From Pseudomonadota bacterium (GTDB lineage Bacteria; Bdellovibrionota; Bdellovibrionia; Bdellovibrionales; Bdellovibrionaceae): 64,000 nucleotides of DNA. Under the pieces are notes generated by a model that was not told where the DNA came from, made no database searches, and saw only the letters and a list, made by a program, of their open reading frames with translations. Positions 58,153-64,000 of the stretch are shown piece after piece. The stretch covers positions 1-64,000 of the forward strand of contig JBEGVH010000016.1 in assembly GCA_041178425.1 (NCBI GenBank), given 5' to 3'. Position numbers and translations under genes: made by a program. Position 1 is the stretch's first letter, and every line of letters starts with the position of its first letter.

Positions 58153-58948
58153 AGTTAAAATTTATATCGTTGTAATCACAGCACTCGCTTCACTCCATTG
58201 TCAGAGATCGCACACTCTCTTCGCCTACCATTCCCTCGAAACCGTCAACCTTTCACCAATCGAAACCCTCCCTGCTATTATTGGCGGCGAAGAGGTTAAT
58301 ATTAGCGACCCGTTCATTTTATCAATCGTAGGTGTCGTTAATATGGAGAAAGGCTCCCTCTGCACAGGAACACTGATTGATCGAACTCATGTTCTCACCG
58401 CTGCTCATTGCCTTCCTAAAAATGTTCATAGCTTGAGGTTATTCACGGGACTCAATCGTAAAGATAAGACCTCGGTGCTTGATGCGGTTTCATTTGCCTC
58501 AACTCCGCAATGGCAAGAGCATGATTCTGACGAATTTGATCGCGGAGACATCGCCGTTATTAAAATTACTGGCGATTTGCCCCGCGAATATAAACCAATT
58601 CAATTTGTGAGCGCTGAGACTCTCCAGGCGGGCGAGGAAGTTCTCATTGCCGGCTATGGGCGAAATGATGGTTTTAAAAAATCTGGCGCTGGAACCTTAA
58701 GAAAAACATTTATTACTATTGAGAATCCCCAACACGGAAAAACCGAAGTTCTCTTTAATCAAAGCAATGGCAAAGGCGCCTGCCATGGTGATTCCGGCGG
58801 CCCGGCCTTTATTACCACTCCAAAGGGTTATTACCAATGGGGCGTGACCAGCCGCGAATATAAAGATCCCGAAAAAGACTGCAGTCACTACTCGATCTAC
58901 TCAAAGATCGAGCCTCACATGGATTGGATTCGTCAAAATTTGAATTAA
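58142..58948 (+). CDS. Secreted trypsin-like (S1) serine protease
   Basis: Motifs IIGG, TAAHC, DIAV and GDSGGP. Confidence 0.92.
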   Translation: MINKVKIYIVVITALASLHCQRSHTLFAYHSLETVNLSPIETLPAIIGGEEVNISDPFILSIVGVVNMEKGSLCTGTLIDRTHVLTAAHCLPKNVHSLRLFTGLNRKDKTSVLDAVSFASTPQWQEHDSDEFDRGDIAVIKITGDLPREYKPIQFVSAETLQAGEEVLIAGYGRNDGFKKSGAGTLRKTFITIENPQHGKTEVLFNQSNGKGACHGDSGGPAFITTPKGYYQWGVTSREYKDPEKDCSHYSIYSKIEPHMDWIRQNLN

Positions 58949-58982
58949 AAAGATCCCGGCCTATAACTTGGACGTGCCTCAT

Positions 58983-59471
58983 CTATTCGCTTTGGCAACT
59001 CATGCTCAAGGTGCCCCCCATGTGGAAGCCCGCTTGAAAAATATAACGGGCTTCAAATTCATCACCCTTTGAAGCGTCGAGCACAAGATCTCCCCACATT
59101 CCATGCTCGAGCCCATCGGTCGAAGTTGCATCGAGGTTTTTGAAGCGAACCCAACCTTTGTATTTTCGGGGTCGATACGTGGTATCGGAACTCATCGATG
59201 CAATTGTAAACTGACCGCGATATCCGTTGTCGGGTGTGATCTTGTCGCCATCAAGAAAAGGCGTCTTTACATTAAAATAACCATTGAGATTGGTAATTAA
59301 GTATTTTGGTTTTTGTGCACGCTCGAGCGTAAATCGCAACTCGCTTTCTTGGGGAAGGAGTCCGGCTCCCGCTTGAACGGCTGATATCCCTTTGCAAACA
59401 ACGGCCTCGCTGGCTGAAACTCTCATAGCGATCAAAAATACGGTTAATGTAAATAATGACAATAGATTCAT
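58983..59471 (-). CDS. Exported hypothetical protein
   Basis: Signal peptide, terminal Cys pair, AAGGAG SD. Confidence 0.65.
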   Translation of the reverse strand: MNLLSLFTLTVFLIAMRVSASEAVVCKGISAVQAGAGLLPQESELRFTLERAQKPKYLITNLNGYFNVKTPFLDGDKITPDNGYRGQFTIASMSSDTTYRPRKYKGWVRFKNLDATSTDGLEHGMWGDLVLDASKGDEFEARYIFQAGFHMGGTLSMSCQSE

Positions 59472-59515
59472 TTTGAACTCCTTAAGCTCTATGGATGAGC
59501 CAAGGAATCACTGGT

Positions 59516-59531
59516 AGCAATAGTTCGGCCA
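59516..59531 (-). promoter_or_regulatory. sigma54 promoter for 58983..59471
   Basis: TGGCCG-AACTA-TTGCT on the minus strand. Confidence 0.6.
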
Positions 59532-59676
59532 GTTTCAGTTAAAACGAAATCGATAAGAGGCCCGCTTTTCGGATATTCCGACCGCCTTTTCGGAAACTAA
59601 GAGCTGTGGAAAAAACCAAGATTATTCAATTTTTTTAATTTTGGCCATTTTGCCATTTAGATGAAACGTATCTTAC

Positions 59677-59738
59677 AAAAATTCACGGGGCCACCGTGAT
59701 ATTTCATCGAAAATTCACGGAAGTGATGTGATAATTCA
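59677..59738. promoter_or_regulatory. Tandem dyad operator/enhancer sites
   Basis: TCACGG-N5-CCGTGA and TCACGG-N5-ATGTGA, 32 bp apart, with matching flanks. Confidence 0.5.
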
Positions 59739-59946
59739 AATATGTACAACCGATTATTTTCGCCTTTCGACACAGAAGACGAATGTGAAATAATACCCGT
59801 TATGAAATTTGTTGAGTCACTCTGGAGCCTTGAGATTTAAGTTATTGGACTTATCCCCTATAAAAAATAAATTTTAATTGGATAGAGGGTGTGCATCGAT
59901 GATGATACATAGTATGAAGAACTAGGTCGTTTCTTAAGGGAGCCCT

Positions 59947-62751
59947 ATGTTTAATTTTAATATTTTCGGTACAGCTCGAATAAAAGGTGAAAAGAAAGTA
60001 TCCTCAATTTTAGGTGAAAATACTGAAGAACAAAATTGGCACAAAAAAACGTCAGAAGAGGCTTTACAAATATTGAGGTCTTCTCTCAACGGACTTTCAA
60101 CTGACGAAGTTCAGCAACGCCTTCTCACTTTTGGTCGCAATCAATTACCAGAAACGAAGAAACGCTCCCATTTAAATATTTTTTTTAGTCAATTCTTAAG
60201 CCCCCTTATTTATCTTTTGCTCTTCGCCTCTATTATTGCCTTTTTTATTGGTGAAGCGAAGGATTCTCTCGTCATATTAATCGTCGTTTTTCTCAATGCT
60301 GTAATTGGAACGCTCCAAGAGGGACGCGCCGAACAATCTCTCGATGCACTCCGAAAGCTTTCGCAATTGCAATCTAGAGTTGTAAGAAACGACAGAGAGC
60401 AACTTGTAGAGGCCAGCGAAGTGGTTCCTGGAGACATCCTCTCTTTAGCTGCTGGCGATGCCATTCCCGCCGACTCTAGAATAATCGATTCAAGCCAATT
60501 GACGACCGCTGAGGCAGCTCTGACCGGTGAATCACTCCCTGTGGAGAAGAACTCTCAATTGCTAACAGCAGACACTTTGTTAGCAGACAGAATCAACATG
60601 ATATATGCCGGAACTTACGTTCACTCAGGACGTTGCCGAGCCATCGTAACTGCAACAGGCCTCAATAACGAAATTGGCAAAATTGCTCAATTGGCATCAA
60701 CTACTGTGCAGCCAAAAACAAAACTTGAGCTGCGTATTCATCACTTTGGTCGTCTTCTCATCATTGCATCAATCCTCATTTCGGCCGTTGTAGTAATCAT
60801 CGGTATCTTTCGAAATATTCCACTCGCCGAAATTTTTATGGTGGCCATTAGTCAAATGGTGTCTCTAGTTCCTGAGGGGCTTCCAGTTGCAATGACCATT
60901 GCCCTTGCGGTCGGAGTTCAACGAATGGCCAAAAGAGGAACAATCGTCAGAAGACTCTCCGCCGTCGAAACATTAGGATCAACAACGATTATTTGCACAG
61001 ATAAAACAGGAACACTCACCCGTAATGAAATGACAGTCACAAATATCTATCTTCCCTATCAACAAAGGTCACTCACCGTCTCGGGAATCGGCTATTCACC
61101 CAATGGTAATTTTATCGAAAAAAATAATATCCCTGATACTCAAAAAGATGACCAATTAATTCGTCTATTACGAGCCTGTGTACTTTGTAACGACGCCCAA
61201 CTGCAGCCTCCACAGCAAGAAAATGAAAACTGGAAAGTTCTTGGTGATCCCACCGAAGGGGCCCTGCTTACTCTGGCATTAAAAGGCGGTATAGACGCTC
61301 TAGGTACACGAAATGAATTTCCTAGGGCTGCTGAGATTCCCTTTGATTCCGAGAACAAAATGATGGCAACCCAAAATCGTTTTGATGAAGAATACTATGT
61401 TTTTTTAAAGGGCGCTCCAGAGAGTCTATTAGATCTCTGTTTTGCAATTGACCAAAATGGTGAAACTAAAATTCTATCATCCGAAATACGCTCCGAAATT
61501 CAGTCAGCTGCACATACGATGGCCGATTCAGCATTAAGAGTACTGGCCTTCGCTTATATTAAAAATTCTACCATCGATCTCTCCGCAGGATTTAAAAGTC
61601 TAAAAAATAAAGGTGTATTTTTAGGTCTGGTTGGTCAGATTGACCCACCACGTAGTGAAATTGCTCAAGCAATCACTGACAGTGGTCGAGCCGGAATAAG
61701 AACTGTCATGGTCACAGGCGATCACAAAGCGACAGGAAAAGCCATCGCTACCAATCTAGGAATTAGTCGTGATGGCGATATCGTTATCGACGGCAAAGAG
61801 TTAGAGACGTTGTCTGATGGAGAGCTTGATGCGATAATCAATAAGGTTTCTGTTTTTGCTCGCGTGCATCCCGCGCAGAAACTTCGAATCGTAGAAACGT
61901 TTCAGAGAATGGGCCATGTTGTTGCCATGACGGGCGACGGAGTGAATGATGCTCCAGCTCTGGTAAAAGCAGACGTTGGAGTTGCAATGGGAATCACTGG
62001 CACAGAGGTGGCAAAGGAGGCTTCAAAGATAGTTATCACCGATGATAACTTTGCCACTATCGTTGCTGCTGTTGCTGAAGGGCGCCTTGTTTACCAAAAT
62101 ATCAAAAAATTAATCCTTTTTCTTTTTGTCACTTCGATTGATGAGGTTTTAATTTTGCTTTTAGCATTGCTCTTCGGCTATCCAATTCCACTTGCTGCTG
62201 TTCAGATTCTTTGGATTAACCTCGTTACCGAAGGAACTCTCACAATCAATCTAATCATGGAGCCTTTCGAGGGCGATGAAATGCAAAGATTGCCAACTCC
62301 TACCCAAGAGCTCTTATTGGATCGATCCCTTCTATCGCGGATCCCACTTATGGTGGCGGCCTCAGTGACATCAACATTTGGCTGGTTTATCTTTAGAGCC
62401 TCTCAAGGAGTTGCACCTGACCTCGTGAAAACAGAGACTTTCACAGTTCTTGCCGTCTGCCAATGGTTCAATGTGCTCAACTGCCGCTCGTCCATTCAAA
62501 CGGCATTTTCGTTGGATCTTATCAAAAACCCATGGTTGATTGGTGGCCTTGTGTTAGGCAACATCCTTCATCTTGCCGTCATTTATTGGAAACCACTCAG
62601 TCAATTTTTTCATACGGTCCCCATCGCGCCGACTCAATTTATTTCCATTGGAGCGGTTGCAAGCCTCGTTCTCTGGGTAGAAGAACTCAGGAAGTACTAC
62701 TCGAGACGGAAGCAATCCTCCAACTGTGTCGCCTCCCTGGGAGCTATGTAA
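59947..62751 (+). CDS. Cation-transporting P-type ATPase (type IIA, Ca2+-like)
   Basis: Motifs TGES, PEGLP, DKTGTLT, KGAPE and TGDGVNDAPAL. Confidence 0.93.
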   Translation: MFNFNIFGTARIKGEKKVSSILGENTEEQNWHKKTSEEALQILRSSLNGLSTDEVQQRLLTFGRNQLPETKKRSHLNIFFSQFLSPLIYLLLFASIIAFFIGEAKDSLVILIVVFLNAVIGTLQEGRAEQSLDALRKLSQLQSRVVRNDREQLVEASEVVPGDILSLAAGDAIPADSRIIDSSQLTTAEAALTGESLPVEKNSQLLTADTLLADRINMIYAGTYVHSGRCRAIVTATGLNNEIGKIAQLASTTVQPKTKLELRIHHFGRLLIIASILISAVVVIIGIFRNIPLAEIFMVAISQMVSLVPEGLPVAMTIALAVGVQRMAKRGTIVRRLSAVETLGSTTIICTDKTGTLTRNEMTVTNIYLPYQQRSLTVSGIGYSPNGNFIEKNNIPDTQKDDQLIRLLRACVLCNDAQLQPPQQENENWKVLGDPTEGALLTLALKGGIDALGTRNEFPRAAEIPFDSENKMMATQNRFDEEYYVFLKGAPESLLDLCFAIDQNGETKILSSEIRSEIQSAAHTMADSALRVLAFAYIKNSTIDLSAGFKSLKNKGVFLGLVGQIDPPRSEIAQAITDSGRAGIRTVMVTGDHKATGKAIATNLGISRDGDIVIDGKELETLSDGELDAIINKVSVFARVHPAQKLRIVETFQRMGHVVAMTGDGVNDAPALVKADVGVAMGITGTEVAKEASKIVITDDNFATIVAAVAEGRLVYQNIKKLILFLFVTSIDEVLILLLALLFGYPIPLAAVQILWINLVTEGTLTINLIMEPFEGDEMQRLPTPTQELLLDRSLLSRIPLMVAASVTSTFGWFIFRASQGVAPDLVKTETFTVLAVCQWFNVLNCRSSIQTAFSLDLIKNPWLIGGLVLGNILHLAVIYWKPLSQFFHTVPIAPTQFISIGAVASLVLWVEELRKYYSRRKQSSNCVASLGAM

Positions 62752-63749
62752 TGCTTTTAATCTTTACACACTTTGTAGTTGCCGCCCTAATTATTATTTT
62801 CGCCGGTTCAAAACTAACAAAATATGCAGATAAAATTTCCGAACTGACTGGCTGGGGACGACTTTTTGTTGGTAGCCTCCTCGTAGCGGGTGCTACTTCT
62901 TTGCCAGAACTGACCGTCGACGTTCGTGCTATTAAGGAAAACCTTCCTGACCTCGCCGTTGGAGACTTACTAGGAAGCAGTCTTTTTAACTTATTAATAT
63001 TAGCCTTATTGGATTTTTCCTACCCGTCAGTCTTTCGGGGTACAACTTTCTCACCAAAGTTTCTCCATCATTCTCTCTCTGCTGTATTAACCATTGTCTT
63101 AACCTCACTGGTTGGAGTTGGAATCGCCTCTCGCCTTGAGTACTCTTTCCTCGGTGTTGGCCTCTTTTCTTGGGCCGTTTTATTTATTTATCTATTTGGC
63201 TTGAGATTAATCTTTATTGACGGCAACAGTGGACTCCTTGAAAAAGAGGCACCGACACCACCAATATCAAATAAGTACAGTTTACTTACTGCTTTCCTTG
63301 GGTACGCAGCCTCAGCATTAGTTATTCTAATTGCTGCCCCCTATCTTGTTGAGGCGGGAGATAAAATTGCAATATCCACTGGCTTCGGACACACCTTCAT
63401 TGGTACCGTACTCATTGCCTTCACGACATCATTACCAGAACTCATTGCAACACTATCGGCGTTCCAAATGGGAAAACCCGATTTAGCTCTAGGAAATATT
63501 TTTGGAAGCAATGCCTTTAATATGGTTCTTTTTGTTCCATTAGATTTTTTATTCTCTAATTCACTTCTTTCTGCGGTCAGTAGGAGTCATGTCGTAACGG
63601 CTTTTGGTGTGGTGACGGCAACCGGCATCGCCGTCATGGGTCAACTCTATCGAAAAAAAGAGCGTTCGCGACTTACCGAACCAACCTCAGAAACCGTTTT
63701 AGTTGTAATTTTATTATTCTTGTTACTGCTTTATTCTATGAATGCTTAA
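62751..63749 (+). CDS. Na+/Ca2+ antiporter (CaCA/YrbG family)
   Basis: Two alpha-repeats, ATSLPEL...GDLLGSS and TTSLPEL...GNIFGSN. TAATG coupling to the ATPase gene. Confidence 0.88.
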   Translation: MLLIFTHFVVAALIIIFAGSKLTKYADKISELTGWGRLFVGSLLVAGATSLPELTVDVRAIKENLPDLAVGDLLGSSLFNLLILALLDFSYPSVFRGTTFSPKFLHHSLSAVLTIVLTSLVGVGIASRLEYSFLGVGLFSWAVLFIYLFGLRLIFIDGNSGLLEKEAPTPPISNKYSLLTAFLGYAASALVILIAAPYLVEAGDKIAISTGFGHTFIGTVLIAFTTSLPELIATLSAFQMGKPDLALGNIFGSNAFNMVLFVPLDFLFSNSLLSAVSRSHVVTAFGVVTATGIAVMGQLYRKKERSRLTEPTSETVLVVILLFLLLLYSMNA

Positions 63750-63786
63750 TCTTGAGTTTTTTAAAAGAATGGAGAACTGATTTACT

Positions 63787-63869
63787 TGGTGCGCGGGGAG
63801 GGACTTGAACCCTCACGCTCTCGCATACGCCCCTCAAACGTACGTGTCTACCAATTCCACCACCCGCGC
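63787..63869 (-). tRNA. tRNA-Leu(GAG)
   Basis: Reverse complement GCGCGGGTGGTGGAATTGGTAGACACG-TACGT-TTGAGGG-GCGTA...GGTTCAAGTCCCTCCCCGCGCACCA. Anticodon GAG, extended variable arm, encoded CCA. Confidence 0.96.
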
Positions 63870-64000
63870 ATATAAAAAAATGGTGTTGAATTCACTTTTT
63901 AACCGCGCCGATGGTGACTTGTCAACTTTACACTTTGATTAAAGAAAAGAGTGGCGAGCTTAGATTCTAAGCAATCTTCTGCCCGTTGGCTTTTTGCCAA

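Noticed and set aside
59486..59500. GCTC-TATGGAT-GAGC GGA hairpin
   Set aside because: It is on the plus strand, antisense to the adjacent gene's leader, and isolated.
62463..62750. 96-aa N-terminal extension of the antiporter ORF
   Set aside because: It overlaps the ATPase coding region. TAATG coupling at 62749-62753 marks the likely start.
59500..63869. Intact integrative element at tRNA-Leu
   Set aside because: No integrase and no duplicated tRNA 3' end found by eye.

Overview
A 64-kb core chromosomal segment, most likely from a Bdellovibrionota (Bdellovibrio-like) bacterium. That assignment is inferred from gene content: delta-type flagellar genes, csrA-fliW, a bacterial DNA topoisomerase VI and many secreted hydrolases. 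In order, it carries a 5'-truncated Omp85 gene, prpDBC, rpmG-dcd, hmgA-hppD, trxA, lptF, a competence-type cluster (cpoB-LysM-dprA divergent from a split comEC), lpxC-ald, epmB, nrdR-nusB, a minus-strand flagellar cluster (flgFGAHI-[RNA]-flgJ-OMP-flgMNKL-csrA-fliW), mltD-lysC, top6B-top6A, bolA-grxD, secreted proteases, a putative Ca2+ export pair and tRNA-Leu(GAG). The main finding is a non-coding ~200-nt minus-strand element between flgI and flgJ. It has five hairpins with ANGGA-type loops, a long-range closing stem and a U-tract, which is the architecture of a CsrB/RsmZ-like CsrA-binding RNA. It lies in the same cluster as a FliW-type CsrA (N55) and fliW, and GGA hairpins also overlap the start codons or SD sequences of flgK, flgN and flgM. 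Together these suggest CsrA is controlled by both a protein and an RNA outside Gammaproteobacteria. No CRISPR array, transposase or integrase was seen. All calls come from reading the sequence by eye; no database search or folding program was run.
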